Assembly (NCBI GenBank): GCA_041666745.1
Contig: JBAYGI010000001.1
Location: 91,095 to 155,094, forward strand
Length of the DNA stretch: 64,000 nt
Direction: 5' to 3'
Source of the DNA: Candidatus Magasanikiibacteriota bacterium
Lineage (GTDB): Bacteria > Patescibacteriota > Patescibacteriia > Magasanikbacterales > GWA2-37-8
Shown here piece after piece: positions 1 to 10,189 of this stretch (position 1 is its first letter; every line of letters begins with the position of its first letter). The notes beneath the pieces were generated by a model, which did no database searches, was not told the DNA's origin, and saw only the letters and a program-made list of their open reading frames with translations. Made by a program: the position numbers and the translations under genes.

Positions 1-7
1 TATTGAG

Positions 8-400
8 GTGTATCAATATTTGGTAAAAATGAATATTCCGGTAAAATCCGAGATTATTTTTCTTGAATTGGAAAAAGCGCAAAAAAAGATTTTTGAAGAT
101 GGAGAAAAAGATGAAGGCGCGCGAATTTTACGGATTGTGCTTGAAAAAACCATCCAGAAAATTGCACAAAAAAATAGTATAAGTATTTTTAATAGTAAAC
201 TTAAGGAAGAGAAAATTGCAATATTGAATGACAAGCTCAAAGAAAGCAAAGTGTTCAATCAGGTAGTATGGGAAGAAAATAAAACATATTTAACTATTGG
301 CAATAATGCTTCGCATGGCGACTATAACCAATATGAAATAAAACACGTCGAAAATTTTTATCGGTATATCCAATCGCTACTAAGTGATTTTGGAATATAA
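8..400 (+). CDS. hypothetical protein, possibly DUF4145-like (often found beside restriction/helicase genes); N-terminus may be truncated by the window edge
   Basis: Complete ORF in track, ends 10 nt before the helicase-nuclease gene on the same strand. Weak resemblance only; no named motif recognised. Confidence 0.45.
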   Translation: MYQYLVKMNIPVKSEIIFLELEKAQKKIFEDGEKDEGARILRIVLEKTIQKIAQKNSISIFNSKLKEEKIAILNDKLKESKVFNQVVWEENKTYLTIGNNASHGDYNQYEIKHVENFYRYIQSLLSDFGI

Positions 401-409
401 TAAAAACAT

Positions 410-2782
410 ATGCCTACCAAAGAATTAAAACAATATCAAGAAAAAGCGGTTGAAAAACTCGTTTCCAGAACGCAGGAACTTTTGGCAGAAAATTTTGAAA
501 AGAAAACAATTGTTTTCAAAGCGCCAACAGGAAGCGGGAAGACATTTATGATGTCGCAATATATTGCGCAAATGATTGAAGAAACGCGGGATCAAGATCT
601 TTGTTTTATTTGGCTTTCTCCTGGGAAGGGTGGCTTGCACAAACAAAGTTATAAATCACTCAAAAAAGAATTTGCGGGGTTTCCAGCGGTGTTTTTGCTT
701 GAGGAAGAATTTGTCGGTTCTCGGCGAACGATTGGTAGAACGGAAGTGGTAGTAGGGAACTGGGAAAAGTTGAGTAATAAAGACGCGAAAACGGGAGAGT
801 GGAAGTCGGTGCTGATGAAAGCCAAGGAAACGGTAAATTTTCGTGAGCTTGCAGAAAATACGCGAAATATTGGTACAAAAATAATTCTTATTATTGATGA
901 AAGTCATTCACGGGACAAAGCCGAACGAGCATTTGAATTGCGTGACATAATTATCAAGCCCCATTTGACTATAGAAATGAGTGCTACACCTATTTTGCAT
1001 GAGGGCGAATATAATGAGAGGGTGGAGGTGCAAGCGAACGATGTGATTGAGGAAGGAATGATCAAAAAAGAAATTATTATCAACGAAAATATTGATAAAA
1101 TTGATGATAATGAAATAACCTCGCAAGAATTAGTGATGACGATGGCATATCACAAGCGATTGGAACTGAAAAAAGCGTATGAAAAAGAAGGGACAGATAT
1201 TAATCCGCTCGTGTTGGTGCAAATTCCCGTGAGCGAGGCCGGAGATGATAAACAGAAATTTATTGAAAGTTTTTTGGCGGAAAAAGATATTACAAAAGAC
1301 AATGGGAAATTGGCTGTTTGGTTGACTGACGAAAAAGTAAATCAAGAGGCGGAATTGATAACAAGAAACGATGATCAAGTGGAGTTTTTAATTTTTAAAC
1401 AAGCGGTGGATACTGGTTGGGACTGTCCGCGCGCTCAAATATTAGTTAAATTTAGAGAAATACATAGTTTAGTTTTTGAAATTCAAACCGTCGGGCGGAT
1501 TTTACGGATGCCAGAGACGTTTCATTACCAAAATGATGAATTGAACAAAGCGTTTGTGTATACGAATGTTAAAAGTTTTACGGTTAAGTATGAAAAAGAT
1601 AATCCAAACATCATCAAATCTGTTTTGGTAAAACGAGATGAAAATTATAAGAAGCTTGCGTTGCAGTCGTATTATAGAAACCGTATTGATTACGGTGATA
1701 TTACTTTTGGTTTCAACGAGGTGATGGACGAAACTTTTTGCAAATATTTTGGGTTGAAGGAAGGTGATTTTTCTTCCGTGACTGTTGTGAAAAATTTGAA
1801 AAAAATAAAGAGTATTATTGATATAGAAAATCTTACAGGGAAGGACGAAATTATTCTTAACAAAAAAATTGACGCAAAATTGTTTGATCATTTATCCGGT
1901 GTAGAAATTGAATCTGGTGATAATTTTCAGGCGTATTTGTCGGAAGATGACAAAGAACGCGCTTTTGGAAATGTGATTAAAAGAAATCTCAATGGATACG
2001 CGCCAAAACGGTCTTTACCTATCGTGAAGAATTCACTGTATCGTTGGTTCAAAAAATATGCTGGAGTGAAACTGGAAGACAATGGTATTATTTATGTGCA
2101 AAATATTGTGCTTAATAATTTTGGAGAATTTGAAAAACTTTTTGATACCGCTGTGCGAGCGTATGAGCCAATAAAAAAGAAAGAAATACAAGAAAAAATC
2201 GCAGAAACGGAAGAGTGGAACAATGAGTGGGAAATCTCCGAGACGAGAAATTATAATCCAAATACTTATAAACCGTATCCTTATAAATTTTCACTCTATA
2301 AACACATTCAAGACAATAAAGCGTATTTGAATTTTGATAGCGAGATTGAAAAAGAATTTATTGATTTTCTCGAAAATCACAAAGAGAAAATTTTGTGGTG
2401 GTGGCAGAACGGCAATGAACACATGGCTTTGAATTTTGGCGTTAAATATGGCGATGGCTCAACTTTTCAGCCTGATTTTTTGGTAATGTTTAAAAATGGC
2501 ACACTTGGTATTTTTGATACAAAAGCGAGCGGGCAGAGAGAAGACGAAAACAAATTAAAAGCGGAAGCGTTGCAGAAATATATCAGAGAAGAAAACAAGA
2601 GAAAGAAAAAAGAAATTTTAATGGGTGGTTTGGTGATTAAAGAGGGTGAACATTTTAGAATAAATAGCGACGAAAAATATCAGCCGTTTAAATTGGCAAC
2701 GGAGGTTAGGGAAAATAAAGCGAAATACAAGACGGGTGCTAATATCAAAACACAAGAAGGGTGGAAGTATTTTGAGTTGTAA
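410..2782 (+). CDS. SF2 helicase (ResIII/DEAH-like) fused to a C-terminal PD-(D/E)xK nuclease-like domain
   Basis: Walker A APTGSGKT, Walker B-like IIDESH, motif VI QTVGRILR. C-terminal PDFLV...IFDTKA fits PD-(D/E)xK. No adjacent Mod methyltransferase. Confidence 0.7.
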   Translation: MPTKELKQYQEKAVEKLVSRTQELLAENFEKKTIVFKAPTGSGKTFMMSQYIAQMIEETRDQDLCFIWLSPGKGGLHKQSYKSLKKEFAGFPAVFLLEEEFVGSRRTIGRTEVVVGNWEKLSNKDAKTGEWKSVLMKAKETVNFRELAENTRNIGTKIILIIDESHSRDKAERAFELRDIIIKPHLTIEMSATPILHEGEYNERVEVQANDVIEEGMIKKEIIINENIDKIDDNEITSQELVMTMAYHKRLELKKAYEKEGTDINPLVLVQIPVSEAGDDKQKFIESFLAEKDITKDNGKLAVWLTDEKVNQEAELITRNDDQVEFLIFKQAVDTGWDCPRAQILVKFREIHSLVFEIQTVGRILRMPETFHYQNDELNKAFVYTNVKSFTVKYEKDNPNIIKSVLVKRDENYKKLALQSYYRNRIDYGDITFGFNEVMDETFCKYFGLKEGDFSSVTVVKNLKKIKSIIDIENLTGKDEIILNKKIDAKLFDHLSGVEIESGDNFQAYLSEDDKERAFGNVIKRNLNGYAPKRSLPIVKNSLYRWFKKYAGVKLEDNGIIYVQNIVLNNFGEFEKLFDTAVRAYEPIKKKEIQEKIAETEEWNNEWEISETRNYNPNTYKPYPYKFSLYKHIQDNKAYLNFDSEIEKEFIDFLENHKEKILWWWQNGNEHMALNFGVKYGDGSTFQPDFLVMFKNGTLGIFDTKASGQREDENKLKAEALQKYIREENKRKKKEILMGGLVIKEGEHFRINSDEKYQPFKLATEVRENKAKYKTGANIKTQEGWKYFEL

Positions 2783-2899
2783 AATTCAATTCTTAAAGTA
2801 TTTTTATATGCCAAAACAAAAACATGTTAGTGGTGAAATTTTTCAATTAAAAATAATTTTCAATCGTAGTTTTAAGAAATAAGTATAATTATTTTAGTT

Positions 2900-3256
2900 A
2901 TGGACAAAATTTATACAAAACAAAATAATCTCGTGATTGAAATTCCGCTCCAAGTTCGTCGTTGTAATCCTTATGACGAAAAAGAACAAAGTTTGATGTC
3001 TAATATAATTGGTGTGATAGATGGTAATGATTATGGATTCGCGCATTGTATAGATATGTCGTATAGTGGTAAAGCCGACCAGATATCCAGTATTTTTTAT
3101 CATTTTTATGGCTCGGAAGAACAGTTTGAGAAATTATGTTCTGAAGTCAAGATAGATTGTTATAAATATTCAAAATGCGTGAAATGTGGTAAAGTAATTT
3201 ATGGAGTATGCACTTGGGATAATGGAGAAGTGTGTTCTGAGTGTGATAATAAATAA
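2900..3256 (+). CDS. hypothetical protein with C-terminal Cys-rich zinc-ribbon-like motif
   Basis: CxxC...CxxC pattern (CVKCGK...CSECDNK). No other recognisable domain. Confidence 0.45.
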   Translation: MDKIYTKQNNLVIEIPLQVRRCNPYDEKEQSLMSNIIGVIDGNDYGFAHCIDMSYSGKADQISSIFYHFYGSEEQFEKLCSEVKIDCYKYSKCVKCGKVIYGVCTWDNGEVCSECDNK

Positions 3257-3270
3257 ATTTTAATTTTTTT

Positions 3271-3465
3271 ATGCCCCAAACCCGCGTCAACATCCACCCC
3301 GGCCTCGCCGTAGAGATTGTTCTCAAAGTCGATCAACCCACCGGCAAACTCACGCGCGGAATCGTGCGGGATATTTTGACTAACTCAAATTTTCATCCGC
3401 ATGGCATCAAAGTTCGGTTGGAGGGTGGAGAGGTGGGGAGAGTACAAAATATTTTGATACAATAA
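3271..3465 (+). CDS. YwbE-family small conserved protein (64 aa)
   Basis: NIHPGL...DQPTGKLTRG...HPHGIKVRL pattern recalled for YwbE/TIGR03833-like proteins. The ORF is conspicuously GC-richer than its flanks. Confidence 0.5.
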   Translation: MPQTRVNIHPGLAVEIVLKVDQPTGKLTRGIVRDILTNSNFHPHGIKVRLEGGEVGRVQNILIQ

Positions 3466-3486
3466 AAATAATTAAAAAAGAAGCTG

Positions 3487-3511
3487 GATTCCCGTTTTCA
3501 CGGGAATGACA
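3487..3511. repeat. hairpin-ATGACA motif copy a (gattcccgttttcacgggaATGACA)
   Basis: 6-bp stem tcccgt/acggga with loop tttc. ATG is the start of the PIF1-like gene. Confidence 0.7.
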
Positions 3512-4753
3512 AAAATCATGAACCAATCCCACGCCCTCAAAATTCTCAAATCCGGCGACAATGTTTTTCTTACCGGTTCCGCCGGTTCCGGTAAGACATT
3601 TTTGTTGAACCAATTTATTGACTATTTAAAAAGTAAAAAAATAAAAGTTGGGATAACCGCTTCCACCGGTATCGCCGCCACTCACTTGAACGGCAGGACT
3701 ATTCATTCTTGGTGCGGAATGGGGATTGCCAAAAAGATGAACAAAAAGCAACTTAAAAAAATATTAAGAAAGGAAGAGTTGTTTGAAAGAATAAGAAAAG
3801 CATCTGTTTTGATTATTGATGAAATATCCATGTTGGATGCCGATCGTTTGGATTTGGTGGACAAAATTTGCAAGGCGGTGAAAAATCCATTTTTTCCGTT
3901 TGGTGGAATTCAAATTGTTTTATGCGGAGATTTTTTTCAACTTCCTCCAGTAAGCAAAGATTCTCAATTTGCCTTTCATGCTTTTTCGTGGAAAAACTCC
4001 GGTTTCAAAGTTTGTTATTTGGACGAACAATTTCGTCAGGATGATGCAAACTTTTTAAATGTTTTAAATAAAATACGCGCCAATGAGGCGGGAGAAAAAG
4101 AAGTAAATATTTTAAAAAGCCGGCTATACGAGCCAGTCGCGCACGCGCCTATTTTGACAAAACTTTATACGCACAATATAAATGTGGATGCCTTAAATTA
4201 TTTTGAATTGTCAAAAATTTCGTTGGAAGAAAAAGCATACCAGGTTAAAGAGAATGGTCAAAAAGAACTGGTAGATTTTTTAAAAAAGAGTTTTCCGGCT
4301 GTCCAAGAATTAAAATTGAAAGTCGGCGCGGTGGTGATGTTTATAAAAAATAATTTTGACGCCGGTTATGTAAACGGCACACTTGGAGAAGTGGTCGCTT
4401 TTGATGCCGACGGCTATCCGGAAGTTAAAACAAAAAACAATGAAACAATCATTGCCACGCCGATTAGTTGGAATTTTGAAGAAGATGAAAAAGTTTTGGC
4501 AAGTATTCGACAGGTGCCGTTGCGGTTGGCATGGGCGATAACGGTGCACAAAAGCCAAGGGATGAGTTTGGATGCGGCGGAAATAGATTTGTCAAAATCG
4601 TTTGAACGGGGGATGGGCTATGTGGCTTTGTCGCGCGTGCGAACTTTGAACAGTATCCGTTTGATGGGTATAAACGAGATGGCTTTGAAAGTGGATGAGA
4701 CGGTTGTGAAAATGGATAGGGAATTTAAAAAGTTGTCGAAGAAAAATAGATAG
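3506..4753 (+). CDS. PIF1/RecD-like ATP-dependent DNA helicase (AAA_30)
   Basis: Walker A TGSAGSGKT, Walker B IIDEISM, QLPPV motif. Start ATG is embedded in the conserved hairpin-ATGACA motif at 3487-3511. Confidence 0.8.
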   Translation: MTKIMNQSHALKILKSGDNVFLTGSAGSGKTFLLNQFIDYLKSKKIKVGITASTGIAATHLNGRTIHSWCGMGIAKKMNKKQLKKILRKEELFERIRKASVLIIDEISMLDADRLDLVDKICKAVKNPFFPFGGIQIVLCGDFFQLPPVSKDSQFAFHAFSWKNSGFKVCYLDEQFRQDDANFLNVLNKIRANEAGEKEVNILKSRLYEPVAHAPILTKLYTHNINVDALNYFELSKISLEEKAYQVKENGQKELVDFLKKSFPAVQELKLKVGAVVMFIKNNFDAGYVNGTLGEVVAFDADGYPEVKTKNNETIIATPISWNFEEDEKVLASIRQVPLRLAWAITVHKSQGMSLDAAEIDLSKSFERGMGYVALSRVRTLNSIRLMGINEMALKVDETVVKMDREFKKLSKKNR

Positions 4754-4760
4754 AAAAAAT

Positions 4761-5396
4761 ATGCTCCAAACGATAAATCTTCCACCATCCAAACGCATTT
4801 TTGACATTGCAGTGTCAATTTTGTTATATTTATTATTTTTGCCGTTGATTTTATTTATCATCATCTGGATAATTATTGAACAAATTTTTGTCAAAGAATC
4901 TCGTGGGTCATTTTTATATTCTGAAAAGAGGGTTTCGCAAGGAAAAGTTTTTAATTTTTACAAATGGCGAATATTTAAAATGAAAGCAATCGCCGAGGCA
5001 TTAAAAAATGGACGTATAATTCACACCACCGACTTACAACAAAATCCGGAAAATATTACTTATTATGGCAAGTTTCTCAAAAGAATATACATGGATGAAT
5101 TGCCTCAACTGTGGAATGTGCTAAAAGGCGACATGACTTTGGTTGGTCCGCGTCCGACAAATTTGGAAAATTCGGAAAACATGAAAAAATCCGGAGACCT
5201 CACTAGAGAAGTAATGGTGTGTGGAATAACCGGACCATTTCAATCACAAAAAGGCCACCACATACAAAACCAATTAAATTTGGATGAAGAATATATTAAT
5301 TTTGTCGCAAATAATCCCGGCTGGAAAGTAGTACTAAAAGATGTTAAAATACTATTACAAACTATTCGGATAGTGTTGGAAGCAAAAGGAATTTAG
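4761..5396 (+). CDS. bacterial sugar transferase (polyprenyl glycosyl-phosphotransferase, WbaP/EpsL-like C-terminal domain)
   Basis: N-terminal TM helix and the hallmark DELPQLWNVLKGDMTLVGPRP motif. Confidence 0.8.
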   Translation: MLQTINLPPSKRIFDIAVSILLYLLFLPLILFIIIWIIIEQIFVKESRGSFLYSEKRVSQGKVFNFYKWRIFKMKAIAEALKNGRIIHTTDLQQNPENITYYGKFLKRIYMDELPQLWNVLKGDMTLVGPRPTNLENSENMKKSGDLTREVMVCGITGPFQSQKGHHIQNQLNLDEEYINFVANNPGWKVVLKDVKILLQTIRIVLEAKGI

Positions 5397-5415
5397 TTTT
5401 TCATCAAATGAAAAT

Positions 5416-5832
5416 ATGTCCAATGGAATAAACAACCACATTCGCATCCCTGAAAATGAAATCCTCGTCACCTTCGCCCGCTCGGGCGGAAAGGGAGGAC
5501 AAAATGTAAACAAGACATCCACCAAAGCCATCGTACATTGGTCGGTTGGGCGTTCGCGAGTTTTGAATTGGGAGGAAAAAATGCGCGTGCGGACTAAGTT
5601 GGCGAATAGATTAAATTATAACGATGAAATCGTGGTGACATCCGAGCAAGAGCGTTCGCAACCGCAAAATCGCGCGTTGGCGGTAGCGCGGTTGCAGGCA
5701 TTGGTAAAAAAAGCATTGCACGTCCAAAAAAAGCGTCGTCCAACCAAACCCACCAAAGCATCAAAATTGCGACTGGTTGAATCCAAAAAAATACATTCGC
5801 GGATGAAATTGGGTCGTCGAACTTTTGAATGA
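5416..5832 (+). CDS. arfB: peptidyl-tRNA hydrolase ArfB-like (class I release factor GGQ domain, about 140 aa, basic C-tail)
   Basis: SGGKGGQNVNKTSTKA GGQ motif, short length and Lys/Arg-rich C-terminus typical of ArfB/YaeJ. Confidence 0.7.
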   Translation: MSNGINNHIRIPENEILVTFARSGGKGGQNVNKTSTKAIVHWSVGRSRVLNWEEKMRVRTKLANRLNYNDEIVVTSEQERSQPQNRALAVARLQALVKKALHVQKKRRPTKPTKASKLRLVESKKIHSRMKLGRRTFE

Positions 5833-5923
5833 GCCGGTGGGTCAGGTCTTGTTTTTTTATGATGATTATGATAATATACGCTTGCCTAAATAAGGCTTGT
5901 TTTTGTTTTAATACTGAGATTTT

Positions 5924-8716
5924 ATGTCATTTTTAACCAAATTATTCGGCGATCCCAACATCAAAGCCGTCAAAGAAATAATGCCGATTATTGATAGTAT
6001 CAATGCGTTTGAACCGGAAATGCAGAAGTTGTCTTTGGAACAACTGAAAAATAAAACCGTTGAATTCAAAGAGCGACTAGCCAAAGGCGAAACTCTCGAC
6101 GATTTATTGCCCGAAGCATTCGCAGTCGTGCGTGAAACTTCCAAGCGGGTTACCGGCATGCGTCATTTTGATGTTCAGCTTATCGGTGGCGTTACTTTGC
6201 ATCGCGGACAAATTTCTGAAATGCGTACCGGTGAAGGTAAAACTTTGGTAGCGACTTTGCCGGTGTATCTAAACGCGCTGGCTGGCAAGGGTGTGCATTT
6301 GGTGACGGTCAATGATTATTTGGCCAAACGTGACGCGGTCTGGATGAGTCAAATTTATGACGCGCTCGGTTTGAGTGTTGGTATTATTCAACAGCTTTTG
6401 GTTTCATATAAATATAATCCAAACAAATTAAAAATTCTTGATGAAAATGGACAGGATGCCATGAGTGAAGGTGGATCGATAGACAAAGAACGCGACGCGA
6501 CCGGGGCGTACAAAGTTGAATATGAATATTTGGAAACTTGTTCTCGCAAAGAAGCCTATGCCTGCGATATTACTTATGGTACCAACAACGAATTTGGTTT
6601 TGACTATTTGCGCGACAACATGGTGGGTAGTCTGGAAGAAATGTCTCAGCGCCCATTTTATTTTGCTATCGTGGATGAGGTGGATTCGATTTTAATAGAT
6701 GAAGCGCGAACGCCGTTGATTATTTCCGCTCCGGCCGAAGAAGCGGCGGACATGTATTACAAATTTGCGGATATTGTGGCGCGAATGGAAATCGACGTGG
6801 ATTATAATGTTGATGAAAAAATGCGTTCATCCACTTTGACTGAAGCCGGTTTGAAAAAAGTGGAACAAGCCTTGAATGTAGAAAATATTTATGCCGAGGG
6901 TGGTATGACGATGGTGCATCACATCGAACAAGCGTTGCGCGCTCGAGCGCTTTTCAAACGCGATCGTGATTATGTGGTGGACAATGGTGAGGTGATTATC
7001 GTGGATGAATTTACCGGACGTAAAATGCCGGGGCGTCGTTATAGTGAAGGTTTGCATCAGGCTATCGAAGCGCAAGAGCATGTCAAAATTCAGCGCGAGA
7101 GTCAAACCATGGCGACGATTACTTTTCAAAATTATTTCCGTCTGTATGAAAAATTGGCGGGCATGACCGGTACTGCGGTGACTGAGGCGGAAGAATTTGC
7201 CAAGATTTATAAATTGGAGGTGGTAGTAATTCCAACCAATAAAAATAATTTGCGCAATGATCATCCGGATAGAATTTATAAAACTGAAGAAACAAAATAT
7301 CAGGCGATTGCCAAAACTGTCAAAGAATTACAACAAAAAGGACAGCCGGTTTTAATCGGCACAATTTCGGTAGAAAAAAATGAAGAACTCAGTTTGTATT
7401 TGGAACGTGAAGGAATTAAACACGAAATTTTGAATGCCAAAAATCATGAACGTGAAGGTGAAATTATCGCGCAAGCCGGTAGAGCGGGGGCGGTAACTTT
7501 GGCGACCAATATGGCCGGTCGCGGTGTGGATATTATTTTGGGAGGCAACCCGCCGGACAAAGATGCGGCCGACAAGGTGCGTTCAGTTGGTGGTTTGTTT
7601 GTGATTGGTACCGAACGTCACGAAAGTCGTCGTATCGACAATCAGTTGCGCGGTCGCGCGGCTCGTCAGGGAGATCCGGGAGAAACTCAGTTTTATCTTT
7701 CCACTCAAGACGATTTGATGCGGATTTTTGCCGGTGATCGAATTCGCAGTGTTATGCAAACTTTGCGTGTGCCGGATGATATGCCAATCGAACAACGTTC
7801 TATTACCAAAATTATTGAATCCGCTCAAAAAAAAGTGGAAGGTTTTCATTTTGATTCTCGTAAAAATTTACTTGAATATGACGATGTGTTGAATCGTCAT
7901 CGTGAAGTAGTATATGGAAAACGTCGTCAAGTTTTAGAATTATTTGATCAACAAAAAAATGACATTGCCACTGGCGATGTCATTCCGACCGCAGTGGAGG
8001 AATCCCTCAGCACTAAAACCCTCCAAACTCTAATTCTCGACATGATCGAAGCGGAAATTGAACAGGTAGTTTCATTTCATACCAACGCCGAAGATAAGCA
8101 CGAATGGAACATCCAAGAGATTGCCGAAGTAACAGCAACCATCTATCCGATATCCGATGAAGAAAAAAATAAAATTTTAAGTTTCGGTGAACACGGTGAA
8201 CAAAAACTGGAAGCAGTTACTGAGCGCACTCATATTATCGAATATTTGACTGAGTTGGCCAAAGAAAAATATCAGAAATTGTTGGTAGAAAAAATCGACA
8301 ATAAAGAAATGCAAATTGAAATGGAAAAACAGATTTTGTTGCGCTCGATGGATATACTTTGGGTTGATCATTTGGTGGCGGTAGATTATTTGCGCACCGG
8401 TATTGGTTTGCGTGGCTACGGTCAGCGTGATCCATTGGTGGAATACAAAAAAGAAACTTACCACATGTTCAATGAATTGCTTTCCGCGATGCAACATGAG
8501 GTGGTTTATGCTATTTTCAAAGTAACTTTGGGAATGCAAATGGCGCCAAGTATCATGAAAAAAAATAATTTGATTTTCAAAGGAGCCGGAGTGGAGGGTG
8601 GGGTAGTGGATATCAACACCAAAGTAAAAAACGAACAAGGAGAAAAAGTAGGTCGCAATGATCCGTGTCCGTGTGGGAGTGGGAAGAAGTATAAGAAGTG
8701 TCATGGGAATGGTTGA
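5924..8716 (+). CDS. secA: preprotein translocase ATPase SecA
   Basis: 930 aa, canonical SecA N-terminus and DEAD motor motifs, C-terminal zinc-binding tail CPCGSGKKYKKCHG. Followed by a perfect palindromic terminator at 8730-8760. Confidence 0.97.
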   Translation: MSFLTKLFGDPNIKAVKEIMPIIDSINAFEPEMQKLSLEQLKNKTVEFKERLAKGETLDDLLPEAFAVVRETSKRVTGMRHFDVQLIGGVTLHRGQISEMRTGEGKTLVATLPVYLNALAGKGVHLVTVNDYLAKRDAVWMSQIYDALGLSVGIIQQLLVSYKYNPNKLKILDENGQDAMSEGGSIDKERDATGAYKVEYEYLETCSRKEAYACDITYGTNNEFGFDYLRDNMVGSLEEMSQRPFYFAIVDEVDSILIDEARTPLIISAPAEEAADMYYKFADIVARMEIDVDYNVDEKMRSSTLTEAGLKKVEQALNVENIYAEGGMTMVHHIEQALRARALFKRDRDYVVDNGEVIIVDEFTGRKMPGRRYSEGLHQAIEAQEHVKIQRESQTMATITFQNYFRLYEKLAGMTGTAVTEAEEFAKIYKLEVVVIPTNKNNLRNDHPDRIYKTEETKYQAIAKTVKELQQKGQPVLIGTISVEKNEELSLYLEREGIKHEILNAKNHEREGEIIAQAGRAGAVTLATNMAGRGVDIILGGNPPDKDAADKVRSVGGLFVIGTERHESRRIDNQLRGRAARQGDPGETQFYLSTQDDLMRIFAGDRIRSVMQTLRVPDDMPIEQRSITKIIESAQKKVEGFHFDSRKNLLEYDDVLNRHREVVYGKRRQVLELFDQQKNDIATGDVIPTAVEESLSTKTLQTLILDMIEAEIEQVVSFHTNAEDKHEWNIQEIAEVTATIYPISDEEKNKILSFGEHGEQKLEAVTERTHIIEYLTELAKEKYQKLLVEKIDNKEMQIEMEKQILLRSMDILWVDHLVAVDYLRTGIGLRGYGQRDPLVEYKKETYHMFNELLSAMQHEVVYAIFKVTLGMQMAPSIMKKNNLIFKGAGVEGGVVDINTKVKNEQGEKVGRNDPCPCGSGKKYKKCHGNG

Positions 8717-8729
8717 TAAAAAATAATCA

Positions 8730-8762
8730 ACAAAAAAACATCGAATTTAATTTCGATGTTTT
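8730..8762 (+). terminator. rho-independent terminator of secA (perfect 11-bp palindrome plus T-run)
   Basis: acatcgaattt/aaattcgatgt followed by tttttaattt. Confidence 0.6.
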
Positions 8763-8872
8763 TTAATTTAAAGCGTTTAGATCACTCGCACAATCTGAAA
8801 ACAAATTTTATTTTCAAATTGCGCGGCGAGTGATCAACTTTCTATCCCCACCGCCTTTTGTCTTACCACTAG

Positions 8873-10189
8873 TCACAGACTACGGAGGAACTGTCGCGTG
8901 ACCGCAACAATGCGGTTTACGTCCATCTCCGTGTTGGCGTAGCCGAACGATGCTCGGATGGCACCGATCGGAACGTCACCACCAATGTGGCGACGCAGGT
9001 TGTCGATTGTGATCGCATCGTTACTGATGGTGCTGTTGTACAACGCCTTGAACGCATCGATCTTGTAACCGAAAACCTTCTCATTGACGCCGGGGTTGCA
9101 GAAACAGCCCGTCCGCACGAACACTGCCTGCTCATTCGCGTACCGTTCGAACACCCATGCGTCTACGATCTGCTGACCTCGTTTGACGCTGAAGGTGACA
9201 ATGTCGGTACCGCGTGGGCTGTGGATGATGATAGAATTGTCTCCTTCGTGCAGAGTCTGCAAACTATCATACAACTTCACTCCCAGCACGGTGGCGTGCT
9301 CGCAGATGTCGCCCAGACTCTCCATGAACTGGAGCCCGGGAACGACGGCCGGAATGTTGGCGAAGTTCAACGTCCCGTCTTCAAATCGGGCATAGCCCAA
9401 CGTTTCGGGTGCGTAGAAGTTCTCATCCGTGACGCTGACGAGCAGAATGGATCCGCCCGCGAACCAGCGTTTGTGGAGTTTCGCGTACGCGCTCCGCTTG
9501 ATAATCATACAGCCGACACCGGTTGGGTAACCGAACAGCTTGTAGAAGCTGATCGGAACGAAATCCGGTTTGACCTTTGAGAGATTCAAGCGTTTTCCAC
9601 CACAGTAGGCAGCCGCGTCCAAGAGGACGCTCCAACCGCACGACTGGGCATAGTTCACCCAGCTCAAGCTGTGGTGGATCCCGGAGTAGTTGGACTTCGC
9701 TGGGTAGGCGAAGAGTCTGTTCCCCATGGACCTCGGATAGGTCAACATGCGCGTCAGAGTTGCTTCATCCAGCGTCAGATCATCGCTGATCGGCGCATAC
9801 CGGACGATCGCACCCTGTCGTCTGGCATCCTCGCGGAGGCCGTTGACCGAGTTGTGGTTGTCGGCGGTGAGTAGGTACTCTCCACCTTCAAAAAGAAAAT
9901 GCTGCAGAATCCGGATCGCGGCCGTCGCTCCGGAGGTGAAAATCACTTCATACTCGTCGGCGTTGGCGTTGAAATATTGCAGAATGGCTGCTCGTGCTTG
10001 CGTAATACCCTGCATCGCCGTCGCCGACGGCTTGTGGTGGGAGTGCGGGTTGCCAAGCAGGGTGCTTTGCAAGTACCGGCTCCAGCCTTCGATGAGCGAG
10101 ATGGGGGGCAACGCTGCCCCCGTCCAGTCGGCGTAGACCTTACCCCCATTGAGTTGGGGGAATTGTCCGTTGAGCGAAGCTGAATTCAT
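8873..10189 (-). CDS. class V aminotransferase-fold protein resembling the molybdenum-cofactor sulfurase N-terminal / cysteine desulfurase-like domain; GC-rich
   Basis: Fold V PLP-enzyme pattern and VRTGCFCNPG motif recalled from MOCOS-type proteins. Likely true start is the ATG at 10187-10189 with an AGGAG RBS, so the track ORF looks N-extended. About 55% GC versus about 36% in flanks. Confidence 0.6.
   Translation of the reverse strand: MNSASLNGQFPQLNGGKVYADWTGAALPPISLIEGWSRYLQSTLLGNPHSHHKPSATAMQGITQARAAILQYFNANADEYEVIFTSGATAAIRILQHFLFEGGEYLLTADNHNSVNGLREDARRQGAIVRYAPISDDLTLDEATLTRMLTYPRSMGNRLFAYPAKSNYSGIHHSLSWVNYAQSCGWSVLLDAAAYCGGKRLNLSKVKPDFVPISFYKLFGYPTGVGCMIIKRSAYAKLHKRWFAGGSILLVSVTDENFYAPETLGYARFEDGTLNFANIPAVVPGLQFMESLGDICEHATVLGVKLYDSLQTLHEGDNSIIIHSPRGTDIVTFSVKRGQQIVDAWVFERYANEQAVFVRTGCFCNPGVNEKVFGYKIDAFKALYNSTISNDAITIDNLRRHIGGDVPIGAIRASFGYANTEMDVNRIVAVTRQFLRSL

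Noticed and set aside
6827-7264. 145-aa minus-strand ORF inside secA
   Set aside because: Entirely antisense to a high-confidence essential gene, with no independent start or RBS context and no recognisable motifs. Several similar antisense ORFs (7583-7849, 8177-8704) are rejected for the same reason.
8917-10183. Cluster of 60-200-aa ORFs on both strands within 8873-10270 (e.g. 8987-9580 +, 9747-10136 +, 9943-10149 -)
   Set aside because: High GC content inflates random ORF length. All overlap the aminotransferase-like gene, which has a coherent PLP-enzyme pattern. Their translations are Arg/Ser/Pro-rich, typical of out-of-frame GC-rich DNA.
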